From the IMG/VR virus record IMGVR_UViG_3300031134_000007, positions 32,001 through 96,000 of that record: DNA of 64,000 bases, one strand, 5' to 3'. Numbering within the stretch: position 1 is the first letter of the stretch; each line of letters opens with the position of its first letter. The translations under genes were made by a program, and so were the position numbers. Below are positions 28,889 to 40,003 of this stretch, piece after piece. The DNA comes from a virus. The notes under the pieces were generated by a model. That model saw only the letters and a list, made by a program, of their open reading frames with translations, was not told the DNA's origin and ran no database searches.

Positions 28889-31800
28889 ATGGCTAACGAT
28901 TTCGATTTAAGTTTTGGTGACTTCTCACCTGATTATGATTTGGATTATGACTTCGGCGAGTCGTCCAATTCAGGTGCAAAGAAAGCCAAAAAGAAAGGCG
29001 ACGTGATTAAAGAATTCGCGTCGGGTCTGTGGGAAGGCGTCACCACAGAGTTAACGGGTTACGGTGTCCCGCAACGCCTGATCAAATCCATGCTTCCACG
29101 TTCGTATGGTCCGGCATTGGATACAGTTGACCGTACCTTACGGTTTAAAGATGACCTATACGATAAAGTCCGGGAGAACACCAAAGAGACGGTATACGAG
29201 TTCCGTGAACTCACTCGTGAAGCCCTCGGCCTGTACGGTAACAAGGTTCCCGCTAAGCTTGCAAAACGATTAGAGGATTGGGCCAACAGCTCAGCGTCTG
29301 ACAGCAGCTGGCAGGACTACGTTACTGACGATGGTCAGAAGCTTGACGTGGATGCCGATACCGGTGATCTCCTTGATGCCCTGACACACGGTACTGCTGC
29401 CAATGCAGAGTTGTCACAAGCCCAACACCAGGAACTCCTGGCGACTCTGGCAGCCGGTGCCGTGGCCAACCAAAAAGGTGATGCTAAGCAGAATGTCCTG
29501 TTGGATCAGATTCTGACTATGCAGCGTCGCTTGGTGGGTCACACTGAGACCATCACTTCTACCTTCCAACGTCGATCATTGGAACTGCAGTATCGTCATT
29601 ACAAGTTGGATATCTCGATTGCGAAGATGCAAGAGCAGTATTACAAACGCTCGCTTGAAGCCTTCTCGAATATGATCACCAACTCCTCTATGACCGATCT
29701 GGAGAAAGCCCATAAGTCACCTAATCATCAACGGTTAGTGAACAAGGCGTACGGCACGGGTAAGATTGGTTCCACGGTATCGCGCTACGGCAACCACTTG
29801 TTCGACTCTGTGTACAACATGGTCGACAACATGTCGCAGAACGGTAACCATCGGTGGTCAGCCGGTGCAGCCGGTATGGGTGCTGCGATGCGCTCGATGC
29901 AGCAGGCTCGCATGTCGGGTATGACACGGGGTGCAGGTAATAAAGGACGCATTGCCGGTGGGATGCTTGCCAGCGCCGCACCGTTCATGCTGCAGCAGTT
30001 AATCCGCAGTCGCATGGAGCGTAACCCGCGGGCCAATGGCATGGGTCATAACCTCAGCTATTATGCGGAGTCAGCGCCAGGACTGATTAATGGGTGGCTG
30101 CGTAACCGTCAACAGTTCGATGAGTTCTACAACGAATTCGACCCGAACAATAAATGGTACACGCGTCTGCAGAAAGGGGTACTCAACCCGCTGCTGAACA
30201 ACGCCCTGTTTAACATCCCGGTGACCCAAGGCAACAAGACCCGTGTTACCACGCCCGGTATCAAGGATTTGATGCAGCCGGCCCAGTTCGACATGATGAC
30301 CCGTCGTTCGATTGTTGAAGTGATTCCAGGTCTGTTAACCCAGCAACTCAGTGTGCAACAGAAACTGTACGAAGTCTGGGGTGGGGAAGCCAAACCTGAA
30401 CAAGCCTTTAACCATCGCCAAGGTGCCTTTACGTCCAAGGCCCGTGTGAAGGCGGATATCCGTGCCAGTATCTTTAACCGCAGTGAGTTCCAGTCTGCAG
30501 CCGGTTCGTTCAACGGCATGGTTGAAGCCATTGACCCAGAGGAAGAACTCTCTGCCAATGCCCGTGTAGCATTAGCCATGCGCTTTGCCCGTGATGCTGA
30601 TGCCGGTGACGGATTCAACATCAACAACTACCTCACGGAGTCGGGTTGGATCAACGCCAGTAAAGAGACGATTCGGGAGATCAACGATTTCCTGCACAAA
30701 CGTTTCGATACCAAGGAAGCCACGGGTAAGGCAAAACTGTTAGGGAAGTATCAGATTGGTGACAGTGCGGATGTGGCTGACCTGCGTAAGCGGGTGGCAA
30801 CTAACATGCAGTCCCAGCAGAACTACATGCCTAACGTCCAGGACTCGGTGAACGCACTGGCCAACGGTGGTCAACGTGCGATGCTGAAAGAGATGGGGAT
30901 CATCCAGCGTGTCAATGGTCAGGAAGTGTTCAACCATGACATGTACTGGAAGATGATGGAGAAATTCATCAGTAACCCGAACTTCCGTCCTGATGCCGAA
31001 GATGAAGGTCCGGGCCCATTGAAGGACCGGTTGGATACCGGTGCAATCGATGACCTCAAAGACAAAGCCAAGGCGAAAGTCAAGGATACCGCGAGTGATC
31101 TGGCTGACAAGGTAAAAGGCAAGACAGAAGACCTCGGTCTGTCTGGCTCCTTGGACAATGCGAAAAGCAAAGTCGATGATCTGCTCAACCGCGGTAAAGG
31201 TATTGGCTCTGCTGCCACAGCACGCTTACGTGCCAGCATGACCGGCGAAGCCCTGAGTAAGTTTTACGCTGACTGCAGTGACAAGTACGATGCCATGGTT
31301 GATGAACTGCGTATGCTGCAAGGAAACGGCGACGAGCATGTTATCCACGTGAGTATTGCCAACATCAAAGAACGCACCGCAGACATGATCCGTCAGGTGA
31401 AGGAGCAGTTAAATAACCTGGATCCGGAAGAGATGGGACAAGAGGCGTATGACGCGGCACAGAAACGTGGTGCCTTCATTGTACAGTCTCTGCAGAACCA
31501 GCTCAACGGATTAAGTATCACCAGTCTGCGCAGTGGTGTGGGGATCAAACTTGAGCAGGCCAAAGACTCTGTGATCGCCGCCACCAATCGGGTCCGGACC
31601 CCGGTGGCTGAACCTGAGGCCTTGCAGGATGAAGAACCTGCACCGGAAGTGGTTCTGGCCGGTGAGCAAAATGACTTGCTTCGTGAACTGATCGGTTTGA
31701 CGGCTTCGGCACGTGACCAGATCAGTGCAGTCAAAGATGCGACCATGGCGCAAATCACCGGTGACCCTAATGTGATCAACAATGGCATCCAGGAACGTAA

Positions 31801-34800
31801 AGGGTTCTTGAAGTCGTTAGGTGATCGCATGAAAGGACGCGAAGCCAGTAAGCTTGCTAAAGCCTTTGGCATGGGTCGTCTGTACTCAAGCGGTGTCTTC
31901 ACAGTAACGAAGTGGGCAACCTTGGGTCCGGCGATCGTTGGTTACAAAGGGGCTAAAGCGGTCTGGTCTTTCTTACGTAAGAAGAAAGAAGGCACGCGTG
32001 GTGATTCAGACGGCGACGGTATTCGCGATAACTCTTGGCTGGACCAGCTTCGTCGTAAGAAGGCGAAACCTGAGAAAGAGAAAGTGGATAAAGACGGTGC
32101 ACCTAAAGAGAAACCAACATCGCTGTTTGGCATGTTAGGCGGTATCTTTACCAGCGTCTCTGGTTTGTTCGGTGGGATCAAGAAGTACGGCATCCTCGCA
32201 GGACTGGCAAACTTTCTTAAGCTGGGTTGGATCGGTGACCTCGTTGGCGGGTTGGGTAAACTCATCATGGGCAAGAAAGCCATTGATGCGGCTACTGACC
32301 TGATGGATGACATGCCGGATGTTGATGCACCAGAACGTGGGGGTCGTCGGGGTCGCAGAACCCGTGTACCGAGGAAACGCGGTCTCCTCAGTCGGGCAGC
32401 GCGCTGGACCGGTAAGAACGTATTGGGTCGTGGGGCGAGGGCTATCCTGGGTGAACCGGGTCGTATGGCGGGTCGGGCATCGTGGTTGCTGAAAGGCGGT
32501 GCGAAGACATTGGGTCGCCGTATTCCGGTCGTGGGGTCATTGGCAATCGGTGGCTTCGAAGCATACCAAGCCTGGCAGGATGATGACGGTCTGGGTGTTG
32601 CACAGGGATTGGGTGGTGCGGCAGGCGGTGCATTAGGCGGGATGGCGATGGGTGCAGCCATTGGCTCTGTGGTACCTGTAGTGGGTACGGCAATCGGTGC
32701 CGTGGTAGGTTCTGCTGTGGGTGCGTTAGCGGGCAGTAGTGTGGGTGCAGCCATTTACAAGTGGGTGAACTCACCGGGTCTGTTACAGCAGATGCGTCTG
32801 TACCAGTACGGGCTTGATTCCATTAAGTCTGATTACACTGGGAAGATCTTTGCTTTGGAAGCTGCGCTGGAACCGTATGTGAAAATACTGGATTCCGGTA
32901 AAGCCATGATCGATCCAAAAGCACCGATGGCTGAGTTGGCAAGGCCGTTCATTGACGACCCTAACAATCGCGACGAGGTTGAGTCCTTTGGCGGTTGGTT
33001 CGTGCAACGTTTCAAACCGGTGTTCTTAACGCACTATGCTGTCGCTAAGCAGATGTTCCCGGGTGTCAAGTTCTCTGAGCTTGATGCATCTAAGGACAAT
33101 GCCGCGAAGTATGAGATGGCCAAACGTTGTCAGCAGTTTGACGAGTCGATTGATCATCCGTACCGCTGGTCAGGAATGTTGTTTAATACCAAGCCAGCGT
33201 TGGGGTATCGTGAAACCACGGAAGAAGTCCAGAACGTGGTGAATCAACTCAAAGCAGAAGTGAAGAACACCAGTAAAGATGTCAAGTCAACGTCGTTGGT
33301 ATTGACAGGGAATGAAAACCGCACGCGTGCTGATGTGGTCGACAAAGGTGTTGTTGATGCGATTCGTCCTGCCGGTGGTGGTAAGCTGAAAGGGGTGGAT
33401 CTGGATGGTCACAAGGTCAGTGGTGGTTGGGGGCAAGAAGTTACAGTAGTGTCGGTGCAAGACATCCTGGGGTCAATTCTCCCAGCGAAAGGCCAAGCAC
33501 TGGATGACCTGACTGCTGCCCGAATGAAGATCTACGGCTTGCCAAATCTTGACATCAGCAAAGTCTCAACCTTGCTGCAGTTGGAATTGGTGGTACAGAA
33601 CCGGATCTCATTCAACGGTCGGGGGGTTCACTTTACCGGTAAGACGAAAGAGGTGTTTGACATCATGGCCAGTTCGTTTGGTCACGGTTGGCTCTCCTCG
33701 TTCTCGTTTAACAGTTGGTCGAAGTGGTTCTCACGTCGTTTCCTGCCAGCGTACTTGGCGTTTGCTTCAACCGTGTACAACCAGGTCGGTGATGATAAGC
33801 CAACCCTGGGCGCGATGAAGTTACCGCCAGAAACCAAGTTGATGATCATCAACGCCATGACAGGCCAGACGTATAATGACGGTCGTACTGACCTCAACAT
33901 CTGGACCGTGTCAGACAGCCCGTGGTCGGATTTGGATACGTCCAACACCGATGCCACCATTCTCGATGTTCACATCAATAACCTGAAACAGCTGGCGAAG
34001 ACGGCGCAGTACGAGGCCCAGCCGGTTAAAGGGGGTGTGAAGCAAAGCGAAGACGGCACCACGGATAAGCAATGGCGTAAGGACAACAGCACCGGTCAGC
34101 AAACCACCAATGTGGTGAAAGGCACTGACGGTGTCGTGCGTGACTCTCAGCGTCAAGAGACCACGTATGATCCAGCGACCGGTAAGACCAACGGGGCTTA
34201 CGGTGGCGGTCAGATGCCAGACGGTGTCGGCAAGAAAGATGGCGGTGGCTTGGACAGCACTGGGAAAGTTGAACCGCTGAAGATGGGTCCAGGTACCGAA
34301 GAAGGTGCCCGTGCCATGATTCGTGAAGCGGTGAAGAACGGCATCACAGACAAAAAGGAACTGGCGATCATGTTGGCGAACACCCATCATGAAACCGGTG
34401 GCTTTAAGAATGTGGAAGAGAACTTGCGTTACCGTCCCGAGACGTTAATGAAGCTCTGGCCGAAACGTTTCCCAACCGCAGCCAAAGCACAGGAAGTGGC
34501 AAGTGGCGGTCCGGTTACCATTGCGAACACCATCTACGGGAATCGCATGGGGAACGAGAATCCGGGTGATGGCTACAAATACCGTGGTCGTGGCTTTATC
34601 CAGTTAACGGGTAAAGACAACTATACACGTGCTTCTAAAGCACTGGGTGTAGACCTGGTAGATGATCCAGACATCATTGCGGAAGACCCCACCATGGCAG
34701 CAGCGTCCGCGCTGTACTTCTGGAAAGCCAACAAGGCAATCAGTCAGAAAGCGAAAGCCGGTGACGTTGCCGGGGTACGTAAAATCGTCAACGGTGGTAC

Positions 34801-35512
34801 GATTGGGTTGGAAGATACCCAGAAGTTGGCTCAGCAGTACATGCAGACCATTGACGGCGGTCAGTACGACGACATCATTTCCGGCAAGGACAAAGGCGAC
34901 ACTGGCACCACGTCAGATGGCGGCTCGACCATGGAAGACATGATGGGTCAATCTGCACAAGAGCAGGCGAAACAGGAAGGTGCGGTTTCGGATGATAAAT
35001 CTGCAACCACCACCGCGGCAGCAGCACCGCCGCCACCTGGTTCCACCACCAATGCCGGTCCAAGTACCACACCGCCAGACATGTCGTCCACGGCAGGGCC
35101 AAGCGCTACTGCGACCAACAACGCAGCCTCGGTTACGCCAAACGCACCGGACTCCACGGCATCGGCCGATCCAAGTGCGCTCAACAAAACTGAGATGCAG
35201 CCGCAACTTCAGCCTCAGCCTGCAGCACCTGTTCAGCCGGTTCCTGTTTCTATGGATATGGATGACACGCATGTTAAGGCCACAGCGGAGAACACGGCAA
35301 CCACCAATGAGAAACTGGATCAAATGATTCAGGCGCTCAACAAGATTGCAGGCACCAACCAACAGATGGCTGAGAAAGAAGCCGTGGCTCCGGCCGCAGC
35401 AGACCCTGGCTCAGCAGCACCGACCGCCCCACAGGCTCAGAATGCTGTGCGGTCGACGCCTGTTGGTTCCGGCAATCCCGGTGTGTCGGTCAAGCGCGCG
35501 TACAGTAACTAA
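28889..35512 (+). CDS. tape-measure-like tail protein with GH19 peptidoglycan hydrolase domain (phiKZ gp181-like)
   Basis: 2207 aa helical; Gly-zipper hydrophobic segment; HETGGF..EENL, GDGYKYRGRGFIQLTGKDNY, SALYFW. Confidence 0.85.
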   Translation: MANDFDLSFGDFSPDYDLDYDFGESSNSGAKKAKKKGDVIKEFASGLWEGVTTELTGYGVPQRLIKSMLPRSYGPALDTVDRTLRFKDDLYDKVRENTKETVYEFRELTREALGLYGNKVPAKLAKRLEDWANSSASDSSWQDYVTDDGQKLDVDADTGDLLDALTHGTAANAELSQAQHQELLATLAAGAVANQKGDAKQNVLLDQILTMQRRLVGHTETITSTFQRRSLELQYRHYKLDISIAKMQEQYYKRSLEAFSNMITNSSMTDLEKAHKSPNHQRLVNKAYGTGKIGSTVSRYGNHLFDSVYNMVDNMSQNGNHRWSAGAAGMGAAMRSMQQARMSGMTRGAGNKGRIAGGMLASAAPFMLQQLIRSRMERNPRANGMGHNLSYYAESAPGLINGWLRNRQQFDEFYNEFDPNNKWYTRLQKGVLNPLLNNALFNIPVTQGNKTRVTTPGIKDLMQPAQFDMMTRRSIVEVIPGLLTQQLSVQQKLYEVWGGEAKPEQAFNHRQGAFTSKARVKADIRASIFNRSEFQSAAGSFNGMVEAIDPEEELSANARVALAMRFARDADAGDGFNINNYLTESGWINASKETIREINDFLHKRFDTKEATGKAKLLGKYQIGDSADVADLRKRVATNMQSQQNYMPNVQDSVNALANGGQRAMLKEMGIIQRVNGQEVFNHDMYWKMMEKFISNPNFRPDAEDEGPGPLKDRLDTGAIDDLKDKAKAKVKDTASDLADKVKGKTEDLGLSGSLDNAKSKVDDLLNRGKGIGSAATARLRASMTGEALSKFYADCSDKYDAMVDELRMLQGNGDEHVIHVSIANIKERTADMIRQVKEQLNNLDPEEMGQEAYDAAQKRGAFIVQSLQNQLNGLSITSLRSGVGIKLEQAKDSVIAATNRVRTPVAEPEALQDEEPAPEVVLAGEQNDLLRELIGLTASARDQISAVKDATMAQITGDPNVINNGIQERKGFLKSLGDRMKGREASKLAKAFGMGRLYSSGVFTVTKWATLGPAIVGYKGAKAVWSFLRKKKEGTRGDSDGDGIRDNSWLDQLRRKKAKPEKEKVDKDGAPKEKPTSLFGMLGGIFTSVSGLFGGIKKYGILAGLANFLKLGWIGDLVGGLGKLIMGKKAIDAATDLMDDMPDVDAPERGGRRGRRTRVPRKRGLLSRAARWTGKNVLGRGARAILGEPGRMAGRASWLLKGGAKTLGRRIPVVGSLAIGGFEAYQAWQDDDGLGVAQGLGGAAGGALGGMAMGAAIGSVVPVVGTAIGAVVGSAVGALAGSSVGAAIYKWVNSPGLLQQMRLYQYGLDSIKSDYTGKIFALEAALEPYVKILDSGKAMIDPKAPMAELARPFIDDPNNRDEVESFGGWFVQRFKPVFLTHYAVAKQMFPGVKFSELDASKDNAAKYEMAKRCQQFDESIDHPYRWSGMLFNTKPALGYRETTEEVQNVVNQLKAEVKNTSKDVKSTSLVLTGNENRTRADVVDKGVVDAIRPAGGGKLKGVDLDGHKVSGGWGQEVTVVSVQDILGSILPAKGQALDDLTAARMKIYGLPNLDISKVSTLLQLELVVQNRISFNGRGVHFTGKTKEVFDIMASSFGHGWLSSFSFNSWSKWFSRRFLPAYLAFASTVYNQVGDDKPTLGAMKLPPETKLMIINAMTGQTYNDGRTDLNIWTVSDSPWSDLDTSNTDATILDVHINNLKQLAKTAQYEAQPVKGGVKQSEDGTTDKQWRKDNSTGQQTTNVVKGTDGVVRDSQRQETTYDPATGKTNGAYGGGQMPDGVGKKDGGGLDSTGKVEPLKMGPGTEEGARAMIREAVKNGITDKKELAIMLANTHHETGGFKNVEENLRYRPETLMKLWPKRFPTAAKAQEVASGGPVTIANTIYGNRMGNENPGDGYKYRGRGFIQLTGKDNYTRASKALGVDLVDDPDIIAEDPTMAAASALYFWKANKAISQKAKAGDVAGVRKIVNGGTIGLEDTQKLAQQYMQTIDGGQYDDIISGKDKGDTGTTSDGGSTMEDMMGQSAQEQAKQEGAVSDDKSATTTAAAAPPPPGSTTNAGPSTTPPDMSSTAGPSATATNNAASVTPNAPDSTASADPSALNKTEMQPQLQPQPAAPVQPVPVSMDMDDTHVKATAENTATTNEKLDQMIQALNKIAGTNQQMAEKEAVAPAAADPGSAAPTAPQAQNAVRSTPVGSGNPGVSVKRAYSN

Positions 35513-35520
35513 ACCAGAAT

Positions 35521-35550
35521 GGCTACCGGGTGACCGGTAGCCTTCTTTCT
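35521..35550 (+). terminator. intrinsic terminator or attenuator
   Basis: GGCTACCGG-GTGA-CCGGTAGCC-TTCTTTCT. Confidence 0.7.
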
Positions 35551-35562
35551 TCGGAGCACATC

Positions 35563-37563
35563 ATGACTGTCAGTATCCGGGACCATGACTACATCCAGCA
35601 GGCGTTCATGCTTTCGGGTGTGGCAATCGATGATGGCCTAAAAGACCGTCGTCGTTTCCAAGCAGCACGCAACAAATTTACCGACACCACCCCAGGCGGT
35701 AACTTCTGGATTAACCCACCGCCTCAGTGGTCACCAACGTGTGACATTCGCTCCTCTCGTTTCTGGAGTGATCAGTTCTCAGGCATGGGGTCCGACTACT
35801 CCGTGGCTATCGACGATAATGCGGATGTCGTTTATTTTCGTATGGGTGTGCCGGAGTTCAACGGCATGTTCACGTTCCTCTCCAACATGTTTGACTCCAA
35901 CTCGGCGTACCTGGCGCGTACAGGTCGTTCACCCGGTTGGCTGTTTAAGATTGCGGAGTTGGCTTCATCAATTGTACACTGGCCTATCCAGGCGATCTCG
36001 GTGACTTACAACACCGTGCGTTGGTTAGCCGGTATTCCAAAGTCCAAGTTCTACTACTCTAAACCGGTTATGCCGCTGTACTGGAAAGCGTGTACGCACA
36101 TGCTGAACCAGATCCTTATTAACATGGGGATTGTGCCACGTGTGTTCCGCACCCGTCATGGTCAGTTGGCAGACGTAGGTAAAGTGTCAGGCTTCGACTT
36201 CTCCATGTATACCCAGAACGAACGTTCACAGATTGCTAACTTGTTACCGGGCTTGTGGAAAGCAGACGGCACAGTCGATCTGTTCTATCTGGCTAACCGG
36301 GCAACCCGTAAACAGATTCGTTGGGAGAAAGCACTGGAGTCACGTCTTACCAGCACCACTAACCGTGAGACGGCAATCCGAGCAATCTACCAGCACGGCA
36401 ACAACTGGACCGACAAAGCTGGTGACTCATCACAGTCCAATCTGAAGACCACGCTGGACTCTTACTTTAAGTCAGGGTTAGGTAGCGACGGCGATCACAA
36501 TAACGGTGTTGAGCGGGCAGGTAACTATACCCCCGATGCTGACGGTGATACCGGCGTTAACAATGCGGTGCAACAGAACGGTCAAACGGTCGGCGTCAGT
36601 AACACAGAAAAACCGTTAACCTTCATGGAATCCATTGAAGCGCACCTGGCCTCGGAGTTGCGTGACGGCGGGTCATTCATTGGGTTCAAAGTCAACCATA
36701 ACGGTGCGGTGGGGGAGTCGTTCTCCAGTTCCTTTAAAGACAACGACCTGGCGGGCTTCTTCAACGGGTTCTCGGCACAAACCAACGATGCACGCTTCAC
36801 CATGTCAGGTGGTGCTACTGGCATCCCCGGTATCGATGCATTGATCAGAGGGGCGCAAGACGTGGTGGCGGGAGCCATCTCAGGCACTGGTCTGGGTGGT
36901 ATTGCTAACATTGTACTGGGTCAGGGGTTTGTGGATATTCCGCAACACTGGGCAGGATCAACCGTGTCGCTTCCCCGTGAAACGTACACCATCAATCTAC
37001 GCTCTCCGTACGGCCACCCAGTGGCACGTATCCAGAACCTGATCATTCCCCTGGTTTGTTTGTTAAACATGGCCCTGCCGCATTCTGCGGGCGCTCAGGC
37101 CTATACCTCACCGTTCCTTATCGAGGCATTCTCAAAAGGTCGTTCGCAGACCCGTTTGGGTATGGTGGACTCCATGAGTATTCAGCGTGGTGTGGGTAAC
37201 GTGGGCTGGACGCGTGACAAACATCCATTAGGGATTGATGTTACGTTTTCTGTGGTCGACTTGTCACCGCTGATGCACATCCCTATTGAGCCGGCGTTGA
37301 ACCCAGGTGACTTGACTAACCCGGCTGCTGCCGTGAACAAACTGTTGACTGATGACACTAACTACTCTGACTACCTGAACGTGATCTCCGCTATGGGTGT
37401 GAACGAACAGATTTATACGTCGGATAAACTGGCCCGTGTCTTGGCCCGCACTAAGCTTGATGTCAAGCAGTGGGTGTCACCAACACAGATGGCGGCCACG
37501 TTCTCTAACTCACTGGGTGGTGAGGCCATTAAGATGTTCATGCAAGGGACGGGACGTTCGTGA
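35563..37563 (+). CDS. tail/baseplate structural protein (phiKZ gp182-like)
   Basis: Follows the gp181-like gene; ATG 35563 has a GGAG RBS (track start 35530 lies inside the terminator). Confidence 0.7.
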   Translation: MTVSIRDHDYIQQAFMLSGVAIDDGLKDRRRFQAARNKFTDTTPGGNFWINPPPQWSPTCDIRSSRFWSDQFSGMGSDYSVAIDDNADVVYFRMGVPEFNGMFTFLSNMFDSNSAYLARTGRSPGWLFKIAELASSIVHWPIQAISVTYNTVRWLAGIPKSKFYYSKPVMPLYWKACTHMLNQILINMGIVPRVFRTRHGQLADVGKVSGFDFSMYTQNERSQIANLLPGLWKADGTVDLFYLANRATRKQIRWEKALESRLTSTTNRETAIRAIYQHGNNWTDKAGDSSQSNLKTTLDSYFKSGLGSDGDHNNGVERAGNYTPDADGDTGVNNAVQQNGQTVGVSNTEKPLTFMESIEAHLASELRDGGSFIGFKVNHNGAVGESFSSSFKDNDLAGFFNGFSAQTNDARFTMSGGATGIPGIDALIRGAQDVVAGAISGTGLGGIANIVLGQGFVDIPQHWAGSTVSLPRETYTINLRSPYGHPVARIQNLIIPLVCLLNMALPHSAGAQAYTSPFLIEAFSKGRSQTRLGMVDSMSIQRGVGNVGWTRDKHPLGIDVTFSVVDLSPLMHIPIEPALNPGDLTNPAAAVNKLLTDDTNYSDYLNVISAMGVNEQIYTSDKLARVLARTKLDVKQWVSPTQMAATFSNSLGGEAIKMFMQGTGRS

Positions 37564-37763
37564 TTGGGGGTATGGCAGTGGAAGGGTATTACGAGGAAGT
37601 CATTGTGGGGTTAAGCTTTTTGGTAACCTTACTCGGTTTACTCTGCGCTGGATTGTGGTGCGAGTTAAACAAGCAGCGTCGTATTGCGAAAGTCATGGGT
37701 GACCGTTTAAGTGATGTCCTGGCGTTTAGCGATAAGATGGTTAAAGCTGTGTATAAAAAATAA
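37560..37763 (+). CDS. small membrane protein
   Basis: TM segment VIVGLSFLVTLLGLLCAGLW. Confidence 0.5.
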   Translation: MIGGMAVEGYYEEVIVGLSFLVTLLGLLCAGLWCELNKQRRIAKVMGDRLSDVLAFSDKMVKAVYKK

Positions 37764-37765
37764 AC

Positions 37766-37806
37766 CGGCATAAGAGCAGAGGCCAACGCCTCTGCTCGTT
37801 ATGCTG
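37766..37806. terminator. bidirectional hairpin, GCATAA/TTATGC family
   Basis: cggcataa-gagcagaggc-caac-gcctctgctc-gttatgctg. Confidence 0.75.
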
Positions 37807-37807
37807 A

Positions 37808-38872
37808 TTATTGCACGATGGCCAGGTTCGGGTAGTTAGACCGCAGTAAATCGATCACGTTCTGACTGCCGTAGAGTTTCGCCATTAACACTTGATCACG
37901 AAAGCGCGGCTCATACTGAAGTAACGTGGTGACATCCGGTGAGCACGCCGTAAACGGTTCAAGCTTGTTTGCGATAACGCCACCGAAATTGACTTTGTCC
38001 CAGTTAGGTTCCAGTCCATCCAACACACCTGCTAACCGACCCCGGTAGTTAGGGTAGTCGCTGGTGGTGACGCCAGTACGAAAGCGGAAGTTGCGCAACA
38101 TGTCGACCACCACGTTAGCATTGAGAGCTTTCACCTGTGGAGCACCCACACGATCCACAATCGCTTGCAACGTATAGATGTCCCCGTTAGCAATGGCGTA
38201 GCTAGCACAGTTACCCAATGCGGTTAAGCCGTCTTGCTTGTTGGTGTATTGGGCGAGCAGGGTATCAATCCCTTCCCACAGTCCGGAAGACACCGTGTAC
38301 TGCAGCATCACGTTTAAAAACGCAACCTGTGCGGTACGGTCAACCACACTGCTAAATTCACTGTCTGAATCTGAATAGCGGTTAATCAGATCCGTCAGCA
38401 TACTGGTGATTTCATACGACCCATCAGTCGCAATGTTAATCCCCAGGGCATTCAGCATCCCAAGGTAGTTCTTACTCTGGTATGCGTCCAACAGGTTCAT
38501 TGCTTCCTGTTGAATCTGTGTCGACATGTTTAACACTGAGTTAATAGGGAAACCTGCGGCTTCACCTAAACGCTTACCCAGTGACATGTAGTCCACTTTG
38601 AATCCGTTGCGCACATCAATAAAGCTTGAGAGCTCACTGATGCTCAGCGACCCACCGGAGACCTTCTTGATAAAACCATTCAGGGCATTGACCTGATTAT
38701 CTTTGAAGGTGTTCAGGGAGGCAATACCACTCTTTGCCGTGGAATCAACTAACGCGATGTCTTCGGATAACCCACCGGTGAACATCGAGGTGGCTTTCGA
38801 GACTGCGTTGGTCGTTAACGAGCTGGCTTGCTTTAACGCGCTGCCAATCGAGCTTCCGATGTCAACCGTCAT
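37808..38872 (-). CDS. putative virion structural protein
   Basis: 354 aa, GGAGG RBS, next to tail genes. Confidence 0.6.
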   Translation of the reverse strand: MTVDIGSSIGSALKQASSLTTNAVSKATSMFTGGLSEDIALVDSTAKSGIASLNTFKDNQVNALNGFIKKVSGGSLSISELSSFIDVRNGFKVDYMSLGKRLGEAAGFPINSVLNMSTQIQQEAMNLLDAYQSKNYLGMLNALGINIATDGSYEITSMLTDLINRYSDSDSEFSSVVDRTAQVAFLNVMLQYTVSSGLWEGIDTLLAQYTNKQDGLTALGNCASYAIANGDIYTLQAIVDRVGAPQVKALNANVVVDMLRNFRFRTGVTTSDYPNYRGRLAGVLDGLEPNWDKVNFGGVIANKLEPFTACSPDVTTLLQYEPRFRDQVLMAKLYGSQNVIDLLRSNYPNLAIVQ

Positions 38873-38939
38873 GGGACCTCCAACAAATCAAAAAAAAAAA
38901 GAATAGAGGTGAGGCCGTCGCCCCACCAACTATATCATT

Positions 38940-39398
38940 TTAATCTTCTTCTGCGTCGTCGATAGAAGGGTCCGACGTCGACGACCCCTCTTTCTCAGGC
39001 GACTCACCAAGCATACGTCGTTTCTGCAAAGAGATTGTTGCTGCATTGGTAATCTCAGTGCCGTCTGGTCGAATGCCGGTAATCTGAATACGGATGGCCT
39101 TATATCCCAAAAATTCCATCCCACGTACCAGAGCTTGGAACGACATAGAAGGCTTCTCAATGAATGACTTCACTAAGTTACCTCGTGCCGTTCCGATTTG
39201 TTGTGCGTCCATCGATTTGATCTGTCGTAATTTACTGATGTGTTCTCCAACCAAGCGCGTCCACTTTGAGGGGGTCACTTGTTCAGCGGCCAGGAACTCA
39301 CGCCAGATCCGTAAGAGATGGTGCGCAGTGGAGAAGCTTTTCTTACTGGGGTCGGTAAGCAGCTCTTCCATCTTCTCTTTCGGTTTCTTATTATCCAA
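38940..39398 (-). CDS. hypothetical protein
   Basis: 152 aa, GGAG RBS, downstream hairpin and T-tract. Confidence 0.65.
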   Translation of the reverse strand: MDNKKPKEKMEELLTDPSKKSFSTAHHLLRIWREFLAAEQVTPSKWTRLVGEHISKLRQIKSMDAQQIGTARGNLVKSFIEKPSMSFQALVRGMEFLGYKAIRIQITGIRPDGTEITNAATISLQKRRMLGESPEKEGSSTSDPSIDDAEED

Positions 39399-39412
39399 CG
39401 GGTATACTCCAT

Positions 39413-39937
39413 CTAAACGCTACGTAAACCACATTCCAACGTGCCGGCAAACACAATTAACAGTTCAGTGTATAACGGTGTCAGTTTTCGCAGAATGTAA
39501 TCACGGTCAATGTCGTCCACCTGATACACCAAGTCGCACAACAGATTAAGCTGGTTGATAAAGGCGTCGTAGAACTCGGGGATATCGAGAACGTTGCCAT
39601 CTTCATCAACTAACCAATCGTAGAGCGACATCACCCGTACGTCCTGCAGGTAACGATAGGTGATTCGGGCTTCAGGTAACGACCCAGACTCAGAGGAGAG
39701 GTGCTCATTGATTTCCTTTACAGTGGTCAACAATTCCACGCCTCGGTGAGTCTGTACTCTCAAGCGCACGTCCAACATGCAACGCACGCTAAAGTATTCT
39801 ATGGGATTGTCACTGTTGATGACTTTGCGTAATGCGCCCAGCACGCGTAATCCATCATCGGGCTTGTAACTATCACGCCGTGCTTTCTCCAGCCCTGAGA
39901 GCAGACGATTCAACAGCAAACGTTTTAAGAACCGCAT
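39413..39937 (-). CDS. hypothetical early protein
   Basis: 174 aa directly downstream of the promoter at 39972. Confidence 0.65.
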   Translation of the reverse strand: MRFLKRLLLNRLLSGLEKARRDSYKPDDGLRVLGALRKVINSDNPIEYFSVRCMLDVRLRVQTHRGVELLTTVKEINEHLSSESGSLPEARITYRYLQDVRVMSLYDWLVDEDGNVLDIPEFYDAFINQLNLLCDLVYQVDDIDRDYILRKLTPLYTELLIVFAGTLECGLRSV

Positions 39938-39971
39938 GGGTAGTCCTTAATTCAGTTCCACTTACACACTA

Positions 39972-39979
39972 GTAATATA
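39972..39979 (-). promoter_or_regulatory. phiKZ-type early promoter core TATATTAC
   Basis: Exact GTAATATA; flanks resemble the copy at 17020. Confidence 0.75.
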
Positions 39980-40003
39980 GTCCTGAAAATTCTTGGAGGA
40001 AGT

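Noticed and set aside
31942-32754. 270-aa Pro/Ala-rich antisense ORF
   Set aside because: Reverse reading of the Gly-rich segment of the tape-measure-like gene
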